DNA of 64,000 nt from Eledone cirrhosa. Lineage: Eukaryota. This document shows positions 22,815-41,899 of this stretch, piece after piece. The position numbers and the translations under genes were made by a program. The stretch's first letter is position 1; each line of letters starts with the position of its first letter. The notes beneath the pieces were generated by a model. The model was not told the DNA's origin. It searched no databases and was given only the letters and a program-made list of their open reading frames with translations. The stretch lies in the NCBI GenBank assembly GCA_964016885.1, contig OZ024763.1:26412001-26476000 (forward strand), in the 5' to 3' direction.

Positions 22815-24330
22815 TATATGTGTATGTATGTCTATATGTATCTGTGTGTATGTGTATGTACGTGAGTGTCTGTATGTGTATGTGTGTCTATGCATATGTC
22901 TGTATGTGTGTGTTTGCATATATGTTCATGTATGTGCATGCATGCCTGTGTGTGTGTGTCTGTATGTGTGTATGTGCATGTGTACATATATCTATGCATA
23001 TGTCTGTATGTGGGTCTGTGTGTGTCTGTATGCGTGTTTGTGGATGTGTATATGTATCTATGCATATGTCTGTATGTGTGTTTGCATGCATGTGTGTGTC
23101 TGTATGTGTGTATGTGGATGTGTATACGTATCTATGCATATGTCTGTATGTGTGTGTGTGTGTGTGTGTGCGTGTGTTTGCATGCATGTGTGTGTCCGTG
23201 TGTGTCTGTATGCGTGTATGCATATGTGTTTGTGCTAATTTAGAATTGAGAAATGTAATTTCGAAGGATTAAGAAGGAGATAGGGGAGAGGAAGAGGGGG
23301 AAGAGGAGAGAAGAGGAGAGGAGAAGGAAGAGAAAGAAGGGGGGGGAAGAAGACATGAATGAAAGAAAGATGAATAAATAAATAAATAAATAAATAAATC
23401 CAATCTTTTCACCTGCAATTCAGTGAATATCGATGATGGAGGAGGGGGAGGGGGAGGAAGAGGAGGTGATGAAGATATGTAGAGGCTGTGATAAATGAAG
23501 TAGAATTGTGTAGGTGTTGGAGTGAGAAGATACATGATGGTGATGGTGATGATGGTGATGATGGTGATGGTAGTGGTGATGGTAGTGGTGATGATGGTGA
23601 TGGTAGTGGTGATGATGGTGATGGAAATGATAGTGATGGTGGTAATGATAATGAAAATGATGATGATGATGATGGTGGTGGTGAAGACGGTGGTGGTGGT
23701 GGTGGAAAGGATAGTGGTGGTGGTGATGATGGTAATGATAATAATTGTTTCTACTTTTGGCACAAGGCCAGCAATTACCCCAGTGTATTACTGGTACTTT
23801 ATTTTATCGACCCCCGTAAGGATGAAAGGCAAAGGTCAACCTCGGGGTAATGATAATAATGATGGTGGTGAAGACAGTGGTGGTGGTGGTGGTGGTGGTG
23901 GTAGTGATGATGATGATGATGGTGGTGGCAGTGGTGATAATGATCGTAGTGATGTTGGTAACAATGATGATAATGATGAAAATAAAGAGTGATGAAGACA
24001 ATGATGATGATGATGATGATCCTGCTGTGTGGTGGTGGTGGTGGTGGTGGTGGTGGTGGTGGTAATGGTGGTGATGGTGATGATGATGATGATGGTAGTG
24101 GTGGTAATGGTGATGGTGGAGGTAGTGGTGGTGATGGTGATGGCAGTGGTGGTAATGGTGATGGTGGAGGTAGTGGTGGTGGAGGTAGTGGTGGTGGTGG
24201 TGGTGATGATGATGGTAGTGGTGGTAATGGTGATGGTGGAGGTAGTGGTGGTGGTGGTGGAGGTAGTGGTGGTGATGGTGGTAATGGTGATGGCAGTGGT
24301 GGTGGTGATAATGATCTAACAATGATCCTG
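22815..24330. repeat. (TG/TATG)n, GA-rich and (GGT/GAT)n tracts
   Basis: Read directly. Confidence 0.9.
23746..23845 (-). mobile_element. 5'-truncated SINE A with TSD
   Basis: 15-bp TSD GGTAATGATAATAAT at 23731 and 23846. Confidence 0.9.
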
Positions 24331-24574
24331 CTGTGTGGTGGTGATGGTGGGGGAAAGGGACCCCCCCCCCCCCCCACACACACACACACAAAAAACTTTA
24401 TAATGATGTAACTTTGTTGCTTCAATCCATCAGCTATCACCAACACAGTGACCTAGCATTAATGAAACCCATTTTACAGTATTCCATATGGTGACTGATA
24501 GCAGAGGGTGGGGTAGACTGTGGGGTGGGGTGATTAGACAGAGAGACAGTAAGAGAAATGAGAGAGAGAAGATT

Positions 24575-24621
<47 letters not shown>

Positions 24622-24744
24622 GGGGAGAGAGGAAAGATTAGATAGAGAGACAATGAGAAAAAGATGAAAGAGAGAGGAAAGATTAGACAGAGAGAGAGAA
24701 AAAAGATGAGAGAGGAAAGATTAGACAGAGAGAGAATGGCAGAA

Positions 24745-26025
24745 AGAGAGAGAGAGAATGAGAGAGGAAAGGTTGGACAGAGAGAGGGGGAAGATTAGAG
24801 AGAGAGAGAATGACAGAGGAAAGGTTGGACAGAGAGAGGGGGGGGAGATTAGAGAGAGATAGAGAGAATGACAGAGGAAAGGTTGGACAGAGAGAGGGGG
24901 GAGATTAGAGAGAGAGAGAGAATGACAGAGGAAAGGTTGGACAGAGAGAGGGGGGAGATTAGACAGAGAGAGAATGTGAGAGGAGAGGTTGGACAGAGAG
25001 AGGGGGAGATTAGAGAGAGAGAGAATGTGAGAGGAGAGGTTGGACAGAAAGAGGGGGAGATTAGAGAGAGAGAGAATGACAGAGGAAAGGTTGGACAGAG
25101 AGAGGGGGGAGATTAGAGAGAGAATGACAGGAAAGGTTGGACAGAGAGAGGGGGAGATTAGAGAGAGAATGACAGGAAAGGTTGGACAGAGAGAGGAGGG
25201 AGATTAGACAGAGAATGTGAGAGGAAAGGTTGGACAGAGAGAGGGGGGAGATTAGAGAGAGAGAGAATGTGAGAGGAGAGGTTAGACAGAGAGAGGGGGA
25301 GATTAGACAGAGAATGTGAGAGGAAAGGTTGGACATAGAGAGGGGGTAGATTAGACAGAGAGAGAATGTGAGAGGAAAGGTTGGACAGAGAGAGGGGGTA
25401 GATTAGACAGAGAGAGAATGTGAGAGGAGAGGTTAGACAGAGAGAGGGGGAGATTAGAGAGAGAGAGAATGACAGAGGAAAGGTTGGACAGAGAGAGGGG
25501 GGAGATTAGACAGAGAGAGAATGTGAGAGGAGAGGTTGGACAGAGAGAGGAGGAGATTAGAGAGAGAGAGAATGTGAGAGGAGAGGTTGGACAGAGAGAG
25601 GGGGTAGATTAGACAGAGAATGTGAGAGGAAAGGTTGGACATAGAGAGGGGGTAGATTAGACAGAGAGAGAATATGAGAGGAGAGGTTGGACAGAGAGAG
25701 GGGGTAGATTAGACAGAGAGAGAATGTGAGAGGAGAGGTTGGACAGAGAGAGGGGGAGATTAGACAGAGAATGTGAGAGGAAAGGTTGGACATAGAGAGG
25801 GGGAGATTAGAGAGAGAGAGAATGACAGAGGAACGGTTGGACAGAGAGAGGGGGGAGATTAGACAGAGAATGTGAGAGGAAAGGTTGGACAGAGAGAGGG
25901 GGTAGATTAGACAGAGAGAGAATGTGAGAGGAGAGGTTGGACAGAGAGAGGGGGTAGATTAGACAGAGAATGTGAGAGGAAAGGTTGGACATAGAGAGGG
26001 GGTAGATTAGACAGAGAGAGAATGA
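24745..26025 (+). repeat. Purine-rich ~48-53 bp minisatellite
   Basis: Unit GAGAATG(TG/AC)AGAGGA(A/G)AGGTTGGACAGAGAGAGGGGG(G/T)AGATTAGA(C/G)AGAGA, ~25 copies. Confidence 0.93.
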
Positions 26026-26914
26026 AAGGCAGATAGATGACTGGACAGTCATCAGCTGATAGGAAGAAAATGGAAGAAAAAAGGGGTAAAATCAATGATA
26101 CCACCACCACCACCACTGCTGCTATTACTACTACTACTACTACTACTACAGCTATCTATTATTATGTATGCTTAGCTGGCTAGTATCAGCAATAATAGTC
26201 ACCACCACCACCACCACTACTACTACCACTATTACCACCACCTACATCACTACTACTACTACTACTACTACCATTATTACCACCACCACCATCACTACCA
26301 CTATTACCACCACCACTACTACTACCACTATTACCACCACCACCATCACTACCACTATTACCACCACCACTACCACCACCACTACCACTACCACCACCAC
26401 CACCACTACTACTACTACCACCATAAAATGTACAGATTTAGCTTAAAGAAGAAGAAAAACAAAAGACAACAATCCTGCCACCACACCACTCTTTCATAGC
26501 AAACCCAAACCCAATCCCACTGTTACACCACACTCTCTCTCATGGCATCCAACCTTACCACCACACCACTCATTCACATCCCACTGTCACACTACACTAA
26601 TTTCACCCAATCCCACTGCCACCACACCACTCATTCACATCAAACCCAATCCCACTGCCTCCACACCATTCTTTCATATCAAACCCAACCCCACTGTCAC
26701 ACTACACTCTCATTCCATTCCCACCCCCAGTCATGCCACCACACCACACCACCACACCACTCACACATCCCACCACCACCACACCACTCCCACCCCACCA
26801 CTCCCACATCCCACCCATTACATCAGAAAACTGCTTGCAATCAATTGTTTTTGATTTTAAAAGGTTTTGCTTTCTTTTTTGAAACAGACAGCCAATAAGA
26901 ATGCGTGTGAATGT

Positions 26915-27550
26915 ACATATCTGTGTGTGTGTGTCTGCATGTGTCTCTTTGTATATGTGTACATGTGTGTGTGTGTGTGTCTCTCTGTATATGTGTACAT
27001 GTGTGTGTCTCTTTGTATATGTGTACATGTGTGTGTGTGTGTGTCTCTCTGTATATGTGTACATGTGTGTCTCTTTGTATATGTGTACATGTGTGTGTCT
27101 CTGTATATGTGTACATGTGTGTATGTGTCTCTCTGTATATGTGTACATGTGTGTATGTGTCTCTCTGTATATGTGTACATGTGTGTGTGTCTCTGTATAT
27201 GTGTACATGTGTGTATGTGTCTCTCTGTATATGTGTACATGTGTGTATGTGTCTCTCTGTATATGTGTACATGTGTGTATATGTCTCTCTGTATATGTGT
27301 ACATGTGTGTGTGTCTCTGTATATGTGTACATGTGTGTGTGTCTCTGTATGTGTACATGTGTGTGTCTCTATGTGTACATGCGTGTGTATGTGTCTCTCT
27401 GTATATGTACATGTGTGTGTATGTGTCTCTCTGTATATGTGTACATGCGTGTGTATGTGTCTCTCTGTATATGTACATGTGTGTGTATGTGTCTCTCTCT
27501 ACATGTGTACATGTGTGTGTGTCTCTGTATGTGTGTATGTGTCTCTGTAT
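26915..27550 (+). repeat. ~26-32 bp minisatellite CTCTGTATATGTGTACATGTGTG
   Basis: About 20 variable copies. Confidence 0.92.
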
Positions 27551-27619
27551 GTGGCCATATGTGTGTAATTGTGTTGCATGTGTTTGTGGTGTATGTGTGG
27601 CTGTATGAATATGGTGTAC

Positions 27620-27680
<61 letters not shown>

Positions 27681-27936
27681 TCTATATTTGCAGTTGTATG
27701 TTTATGTACGTGTAATGAATATTTGTGTAATATATGTATATATAATGTAGTATATATATATATGTATAGTGTCTGTGATCTATATATCTATGTAAGTGTA
27801 TATATATATATATATGTGTATATAATGTGTGTGTGTGTGGGGGGGGGGGGGGTATATATATATATAGAGAGAGAGAGACCATCCAAAGACAACTATCAGC
27901 TGTCAACAAGATTAACAACTCAAAATATATCCCCCT

Positions 27937-29098
27937 CCACCATCACCAACACTACCACCACCACCACTGCAACCATCACCAACACTACCACCACCACCAC
28001 TGCAACCATCACCAACACTACCACCACCACCACTGCAACCACCACCAACACTACCACCACCACCACTGCAACCATCACCAACACTACCACCACCACCACT
28101 GCAACCATCAACAACACTACCACCACCACCACTGCAACCATCACCAACACTACCACCACCACCACCACCACTGCAACCACCACCAACACTACCACCACCA
28201 TCACCAACACTACCACCACCACCACCACCACTGCAACCATCACCAACACTACCACCACCACCACCACTGCCACCATCACCAACACTACCACCACCACCAC
28301 TGCAACCATCACCAACACTACCACCACCACCACTGCAACCATCACCAACACTACCACCACCACCACCACTGCAACCATCACCAACACTACCACCACCACC
28401 ACCACTGCAACCATCACCAACACTACCACCACCACCACTGCAACCATCACCAACACTACCACCAACACTACCACCACCACCACCACTGCAACCATCACCA
28501 ACACTACCACCACCACCACTGCAACCATCACCAACACTACCACCACCACCACTGCAACCATCACCAACACTACCACCACCACCACCACTGCAACCATCAC
28601 CAACACTACCACCACCACCACCACCACTGCAACCATCACCAACACTACCACCACCACCACCACTGCAACCATCACCAACACTACCACCACCACCACCACT
28701 GCAACCATCACCAACACTACCACCACCACCACCACCACTGCAACCATCACCAACACTACCACCACCACCACCACCACTGCAACCATCACCAACACTACCA
28801 CCACCACCACCACTGCAACCATCACCAACACTACCACCACCACCACCACTGCAACCATCACCAACACTACCACCACCACCACTGCAACCATCACCAACAC
28901 TACCACCACCACCACCGCAACCATCACCAACACTACCACCACCACCACTGCAACCATCACCAACACTACCACCACCACCACCACTGCAACCATCACCAAC
29001 ACTACCACCACCACCACTGCAACCATCACCAACACTACCACCACCACCACCGCAACCATCACCAACACCACCACCACCACCACTGCAACCACCACCAA
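27937..29098 (+). repeat. ACC-based 33-39 bp minisatellite
   Basis: Unit ACCATCACCAACACT(ACC)nACTGCA, ~33 copies; followed by an RTE/SINE-type tail at 29113-29167. Confidence 0.96.
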
Positions 29099-29549
29099 TG
29101 AAAATAAATGGCTTCGTCCCACCCTTCCAAGCAGGAAAAAGCGGATGCAAAATGATGATGATGATGACTTCTCATACATAGATTGATGGATTTCTTAGTA
29201 AACAACCTTGCCCTAAATTACACACACACACACACACACACACAAGACACACACACACATAGAAAACATGAATACATACAAACATTAATCAGACACACAT
29301 ACAAACACACAAAAACAAAACAAAAAACATGCATACATACAAACACACTAATTAGGCACACACACACACACACGACACAAATGGACACATATACACAGAC
29401 ATACAGCCATATATGACACAAATGGACACACACACATAAACAGATACATGACACAATACACACACGTACACACAAACAGACACACACTCATGACACATGT
29501 ACACACACTCATGTGGCACAACTGGACAGATCCAAACACAGACACAGAC

Positions 29550-29624
<75 letters not shown>

Positions 29625-29854
29625 AAATTTCCTATTTTCGGCCCTGTCCTCTTTATGCACTAGGATATATTTAAATATTGACCTTAGCACTATTAATATT
29701 ATATTAGTATGGTTGTTGTTGTTGTTGTTGTTGTTGTTGCGCCTATAGTAGCAATCATGTTGTTGTTAAGTCACGTACTGGATAAAACTCAAACAACCAA
29801 CCCCCGTCTAAAATATCTGGCCCCTCTATTTTAAACACACAATTACTATCATTA

Positions 29855-30451
29855 TTGGCTTGGCAAAATCGGTAGAGCGTCTGCCAACATGCTTTGTATT
29901 CTGAGTTCAAATCCTGCCGAGGTTAGCTTTGCTTTTCATCCTTACAGGGTCGATAAAATAAAGTACCAGTAACGCAATGGGGTTAATTTAATTGACTTAC
30001 CCCTTTCCCTTCAAATTGCTGACCTTGTGCCAGGTGTAGAAACAATTATTATTATTGTAAAGGATTGGCAGTATAGGTAGAGGATTGGACGCCATACTTT
30101 ACAGCATAGAGTTACGTCCCTTTACGGCCTGGGTTCAAATCCCGCCGAGGTTAACTTTGCCTTTCATCCTTACGAGGTCGATAACATATAAAGTACCAGT
30201 AATACACTGGGATGATTGCTGGCCTTGTGCCAAAAGTACAAACAATTATTATTATTATTATTATATGTGGATTGGCAGTATCAGTAGAGGGTCGGACGCC
30301 ATGCTTTCCAGCATAGTTACGTCCCTTTACGATCTGAGTTCAAATCCCGCCGAGGTTGACTTTGCCTTTCATCCTTACGGGGTCGATAAAATAAAGTACC
30401 AGTAATGCACTGGGTAATTGCTGGCCTTGTGCCTAAAGTAGAAACAATTAT
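29855..30451 (+). mobile_element. Three co-oriented head-to-tail SINE A copies
   Basis: ~29855-30050, ~30062-30262, ~30267-30451, joined by (ATT)n tails. Confidence 0.92.
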
Positions 30452-31056
30452 TGCAAACACCCCCAGTGTCCCTGTCTTTGAATTATCCCCTATATGTGGG
30501 CCCCAGCCCCAATGGCCCAATATAGAAATCATTATCATCAGCCTTATCATTGTGTATTACTACTGTATCATTGAGCACAGCCGTGTGAGTCTTGGGTATG
30601 TGCAGTGTTGTGTTTGGTGGTGGTGGTGGTGTTTCTATTGTATTTTGAGTACTCTTTATAATACATGTGTATGGTGCTTAGTAGTGCTATTTTCTGCATA
30701 TTGTATACAGTGGTAGTGGCAGTATTAGTAACAGTAGTAGTGGCAATGGTAGTGGTGGTGGTGGTGGTGGTGGTAATAATGATGATGGTAACAGTGATAG
30801 TGGCATTGACAGTAGAGTGCTAGTGGCAATGGTGGTATTGGTAATGTTGCTGGTGGTGGTGGTGATGATGGTAGTGGTAGTTGTCATGGCGACGGAAGTG
30901 ATAATGATGGTAGCAGTGGCATTGATGGTGGTGGCATTAACAGTGGTAGTAGTGGTGGTGGTAGTGGTAGTTATGTTAATGGTAGTGATAGTGGTGATAG
31001 TATTTGTGATGAGAGTGACAGTGATGGTGGCATTGTTGGTGGTAGTGGTGATGGTA

Positions 31057-31330
31057 GTAGTGGTAGTTGTGGTGATGGTAACAGTGGCAGAGGTAGTGGT
31101 AGTTGTGGTGATGGTAACAGTGGCAGAGGTAGTGGTAGTTGTGGTGATGGTAACAGTGGCAGAGGTAGTGGTAGTTGTGGTGATGGTAACAGTGGCAGAG
31201 GTAGTGGTAGTTGTGGTGATGGTAACAGTGGCAGAGGTAGTGGTAGTTGTGGTGATGGTAACAGTGGCAGAGGTAGTGGTAGTTGTGGTGATGGTAACAG
31301 TGGCAGAGGTAGTGGTAGTTGTGGTGATGG
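31057..31330 (+). repeat. Perfect 36-bp minisatellite, ~7 copies, inside a GGT-rich tract
   Basis: GTGGTGATGGTAACAGTGGCAGAGGTAGTGGTAGTT at 31069, 31105, 31141 and on. Confidence 0.95.
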
Positions 31331-31464
31331 TGGTGATGCTAATCAGATTCTGCACTACTTTTCATAGCCAAGATCTACATCTTAGGTGTGTTTACTTACA
31401 CACACCACACACACGCCAGTGTATATCCACAGATATATTACACACACACACATATATATACACA

Positions 31465-31505
<41 letters not shown>

Positions 31506-31639
31506 ACACATTCCTTTAATAGTTCCAATCATTGAACTGGAGCACCACCTGTCTATCTATCCATCTATTTATTTATCTAATATATATGTATATATATATC
31601 TATATCTATCTATATATATACACAAACACACACACTTGG

Positions 31640-31677
<38 letters not shown>

Positions 31678-31745
31678 CTATATCTACATGTATATACGCC
31701 CATATATACACACACACACACACCTATATCTACATGTATATACAC

Positions 31746-31794
<49 letters not shown>

Positions 31795-32029
31795 TATACA
31801 CACCTACATGTACATATACCTATACACACACACATCTATATACACACACCTCTCTTTCTATATAAAATTAATTATATAGAGGTGGGTGGGGTGGGGGATT
31901 ATCAATAAGCTTGGAGGTGAAAAAATACTCTAAAACAATTGCACTTGTTAATTAAATGAATATCACAGTGGCACAGTTGTATTGTTGCACTGTACTGTTG
32001 CACTATACTGCAGCTCTACTGTTGCAGCA

Positions 32030-32060
32030 ATCAAACACCACCTCTTCCAGCAACACCATT

Positions 32061-32091
<31 letters not shown>

Positions 32092-34260
32092 ACAATACTA
32101 CCACCACCACTGCCATCAACAACACTATTACCACCACCACTACTTCAATGAAAAACATCATCATCATGACACTAACAATACTACCACTGCCACAGCCATC
32201 AACACTATCACCACCACCACCACCACCACCACTGCCATCAACACTATCTCCACCACCACTACTTCAATGAAAAACATCATCATCATCATCACACTAACAA
32301 TACTACCACCACCACCACCACTGCCACTGCCACCAACACTACCACGACCACCACCACCACTGCCATCAACACTATCACCACCACCACTACTTCAATGAAA
32401 AACATCATCATCATCACACTAACAATACGACCACCACTACCACTGCCATCAACACTATCACCACCACCACTACTTCAATGAAAAACATCATCATCATCAC
32501 ACTAACAATACGACCACCACTACCACTGCCATCAACACTATCACCACCACCACTACTTCAATGAAAAACATCATCATCATCACACTAACAATACTACCAC
32601 TGCCACAGCCATCAACACTATCACCACCACCACCACCACTGCCATCAACACTATCACCACCACCACTACTTCAATCAAAAACATCATCATCATCATACTA
32701 ACAATACTACCACTGCCACAGCCATCAACACTATCACCACCACCACCACCACTGCCATCAACACTATCACCACCACCACTACTTCAATCAAAAACATCAT
32801 CATCATCACACTAACAATACTACCACTGCCACAGCCATCAACACTATCACCACCACCACCACCACCACTGCCATCAACACTATCACCACCACCACTACTT
32901 CAATCAAAAACATCATCATCATCACCTGCTCCAACAATACCACCACCACTGCCATCAACAATAACACTATTATCACCACCACCATCACTACCACCACTAC
33001 TTCAAAAACATCATTATTATCATCACCACACTAACAATACAACCACCATCATCATCATCATCACTATTATCACCACCACCACCACTACAATCAAAAACAT
33101 TATCATCATCATCATCAACAATACTATCATCACCATTGCCATTACCAGCTACACCACCAATACTACCACTACTGCCACCACTGCCATCAACACCATCACC
33201 ACCACCAACAGTACTACCACCACTACCTCAAACAATACTATCACCACCACCAACACTGCAATCAACATCACCACCAACAGTACTACCACCACTACCTCAA
33301 ACAATACTATCACCACCACCAACACTGCAATCAACATCACCACCAACAGTACTACCACCACTACCTTGAACAATACTATCACCACCACTACCACCACTAC
33401 CTTGAACAATAATATCACCACCACCACCTCTACCCCCACCAACACCACCACTACCACCTCTACCTCCAACATCACCACCACCAACAGTACTACCACCACT
33501 ACCTTGAACAATATCACTACCACCACCACCACCTCTATCACCAACAGTACTACCACCACTACCACTACCACCACTTCTACCTCCAACATCACCAACAGTA
33601 CTACCACCACTACCACCACTACCTCTACCTCCAACAACATCACCATCACCAACAGTACTACCACCACTACAACCACCACCACCAGCTCTACCTCCAACAA
33701 CATCACCATCACCAACAGTACTACCACCACTACAACTACCACCACCAGCTCTACCTCCAACATCACCATCACCAACAATACTACCACCACTACAACCACC
33801 ACCACCAGCTCTACCTCCAACAACATCACCATCACCAACAGTACTACCACCACTACAACCACCACCACCAGCTCTACCTCCAACAACATCACCATCACCA
33901 ACAGAACTACCACCACTACCGTGAACAATAATATCACTACCACCACCACTACCACCTCTACCCCCAACATCACCATCACCAACAATACTACCACCACTAC
34001 CAATCATCAAAAACACTACTACCACCACCAACTATACCACTTTCACCACTACTACTACTACCATCAACAACAATACAATCACAACTACTACCACAATCAT
34101 CACTATCACTACCAACAACAATACCAACAACACTAACAATTCCAACAGCAAGAACAACACTAATAGTACACCACCAACACCACCACCACCACCACTACCA
34201 CCACCACCACTACCACCACCTCTACTACCATCACCACCACCACCACCACTACTACTACCA
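32030..34260 (+). repeat. ACC/ATC/AAC trinucleotide-derived compound minisatellite
   Basis: Recurring ACTACTTCAAT(G/C)AAAAACATCATC and CTCTACCTCCAACAACATCACC units. Confidence 0.9.
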
Positions 34261-34309
34261 TATACAGCAAAGGGGGGGAGAGGGAGAATAATTGGAGCTA
34301 GTTAGAACT

Positions 34310-34391
<82 letters not shown>

Positions 34392-34550
34392 CTGACAGAG
34401 AGAGAAAGACAGAGAGAAACAAAATAAATACACAGAAAGAAAGTCATAAATACAGAGAGAGAGAGAGAGAAAGAAAGAAAAACAGAGAGATAGGGGGTAA
34501 GAAAGGGAAAAACAAAGAAAAAGAGAAAGACAGAAAGCGAGAAGGCAACA

Positions 34551-34607
<57 letters not shown>

Positions 34608-34861
34608 TGAGAGAGGGGGTGAGGTGTAGGATGAAGATGAGGAAGTGACTTTTGTGGAGCTACTGTAATAATTATAACATGACATTTTCAAGAATTCCAA
34701 TAAACCTGAGAAAGGAGGAATATTGGTTTTATGGCAGTTTTTCCAGCTCTTTCTTAGTTTTTGTTTTTCTTCTAAATTTCTGGCTGTGTCATTGAGTGAA
34801 AAATAGTTTCATTTACATTAATTATCACACATGCATCACGACTGGAAGGGATAATGTGCTG

Positions 34862-39272
<4,411 letters not shown>

Positions 39273-39351
39273 AGAAGGGGTATTTAATTTGTTGGAAATC
39301 CGACAACACAACTGGAAGGGATGTGCTGTGTATGTATATATATATATATGT

Positions 39352-39434
39352 GCACACACACACATTATGGCTGCCCCCTCGTTATCGAGTATGGCCATTG
39401 CACGAGAAAACAAAAAAAAAACATAACAAAAATA

Positions 39435-39476
<42 letters not shown>

Positions 39477-40232
39477 ACATATATATATGTATATATACAC
39501 ACACACAAACACATCTACACATACGATAGCAATTAACAGCGCTGGGATCGAATGTAGCTTTTTAGCCCAGCCAATGACCAAAATATTCACTGGGGACAGC
39601 CGGCTGTGGTTGGAGCTTATGTACTTTTGCATGTCTTTTGAGAGCTCCTGCTGATTTACATTCTCTACCACATGCTTGGCAGGTCTAATGAGTAGCATCT
39701 CCAACAGCAGCCTGGTAGCCAAGCACTGGTCTTACTTTTTGACTGCGAAGATGACTTTCGAGTCCAGCTTTGCTTAGGCAGAGTCTCGCACAGACGCTGC
39801 AGGTCAGCGCCATAGGAGAACCTTCGCCATCTGGAAATGCAACAATAATGCCCTTCCTCACATCCCGCTTTACTTTCTCGTATGTGATTTGAGATGCCTC
39901 AAAGGCAACTTTTGCCTCATATATTACAATCAGCAGCAACATTTTCCCATGTATCAGCAGAGATGTTAGCCTCTTTCAAGGAATCCTTATACCTCTTTTT
40001 TGGTTTAAGTGGAGGTCGTTTTTCTTTAACTAACTCTCCATAAAAGAGTTGTTTTGGTATTCTAGAATCCTTCATCCTGGCAAGGTGACCACTCCAACGG
40101 AGTCTTTGCTTAAGCACAAGAGCTTCTTTACTATCACCCAGAGAGCTTTCCAAAATCTCGACATCACTGATGTGGTCCCTCCAGTGAACGCCATGGATCC
40201 GTCTGAGACACATTTGATGGAAACGCTCCATA
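39352..40232 (-). mobile_element. RTE-clade LINE 3' fragment with C-terminal C2H2 fingers
   Basis: MERFHQMCLRRIHGVHWRDHISDVEIL..RLRWSGHLARMKDSRIPKQLFYGEL..KPKKRYKDSLK, then CSVCARLCLSKAGLESHLRS; frameshift and stops; probable terminus near 39365 followed by (GT)n. Confidence 0.9.
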
Positions 40233-40262
40233 CATACACCACAACTGGAAGGGATAATGTGC

Positions 40263-40296
<34 letters not shown>

Positions 40297-40616
40297 CACA
40301 TACATACATACATCACAACTGAAAGGAATGTGCTGTGTGTGTGTAGAGAGAGAGAGTGAGAGAGAGAGAAACATACATACAGCACAACTGGAAGGGATAA
40401 TGTGCTGTGTATATATACATATATATACACACATGCACACACATACATACATACAGCACAACTGAAAGGGATGTGGTGTGTGTAGAGAGAGAGAGAGAGA
40501 GATACATACAGCACAACTGAAAGGGATAATGTGCTATGTGTATATATACATATATATACACACATGCACACACATACATACATACATACATACAGCACAA
40601 CTGAAAGGGATGTGGT

Positions 40617-40653
<37 letters not shown>

Positions 40654-40902
40654 CATACAGCACAACTGAAAGGGATAATGTGCTATGTGTATATATACAT
40701 ATATATATATAGACATACACACACATGCAGCACAACTGGAAAGAATACTGTGCTGTCTGTGTGTGTAATATATTATGTTTAATATAGAAATGGCTTCTAC
40801 AGGACTAGAACTGTTTCATTCAAAAGAAACCATCATCTCTGTATCTATCTATTTATATATATATATTTATATATATATATATATACATACACACACACAT
40901 AG

Positions 40903-40985
<83 letters not shown>

Positions 40986-41899
40986 CAGAGAGACAGACAA
41001 GCATTTTATAAATAAAAAGATATACCCACACATATACAAAGATATATACATATAGACATTGGTTTTTGGTTGTGTGTGTGTGTGTGATCATACATCCGCC
41101 TTTCCCTGCTTGCAAGGGTGGGACATATGTATGTATGTATATATATTTATACACACACATTTACACACACACACACTCAAATATATAGCATTCATGGTGT
41201 ATGCATGTACACATGCACACATATAGCTATATATATAATTAAATCTATAGCATAGTTGGTTCTGTTGTTAAGTATTCACCTGCTGAATGTGGGTGTATGT
41301 GTGAGTGCGTGCATATGTGTGTGTGTGTTCATGAAACAAAGCTATGGAGTTAATAATACAGTTGCCTACAGTCACACATAAAGGCCCCCTACACACACAC
41401 ACACACAACTACAGCAACAAAGGCCTACCTACACACACAGCCATATATAAGAGGCCTACACACACACAACCCCAAAGGCCTACTTCACACACAGCCATAT
41501 ACAAAAAGGACTACACACACACACACAACCAGGTAGAGAGACCTACACAGTGCCATATGTAAAGAGGCCTAAACCCACAGCCCCTTCATACAGCCATACA
41601 CACATTGTCCCCAATACATACAACCACATACAACACACAAGCACAGCCACACAGAGACAGAGAGACTGTCAATCACACACAAGCACATACAGCCACTCAC
41701 TGCCCCCCATACACACAGGCACACACACACACAACAAACAACACACACAAGCACATACAGCCACTCACTACCCCCATACACACAAGCACACACACACAAC
41801 ACACATACAGCCACTCACTACCCCCCCATACACACAGGCACATTCAGCCACTCACTGCCCCCCATACATACAGCCACACACTGTCCCCCATACACAGGC

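Noticed and set aside
23269-24446. Gly/Asp-, His- and Pro-rich ORFs
   Set aside because: GGT/GAT simple repeat interrupted by a SINE with a TSD
27624-29186. 520-aa Thr-rich mucin-like ORF
   Set aside because: Starts in (GT)n, ends in a retroposon tail, lacks a signal peptide and is open in several frames; an internal exon cannot be fully excluded without RNA data
33149-34136. Thr/Ser- and Val-rich ORFs
   Set aside because: Trinucleotide-derived low complexity, with stops in adjacent units
40235-40760. Palindromic repeats with spacers as a CRISPR array
   Set aside because: Spacers are microsatellites and recur; eukaryotic context; no cas genes
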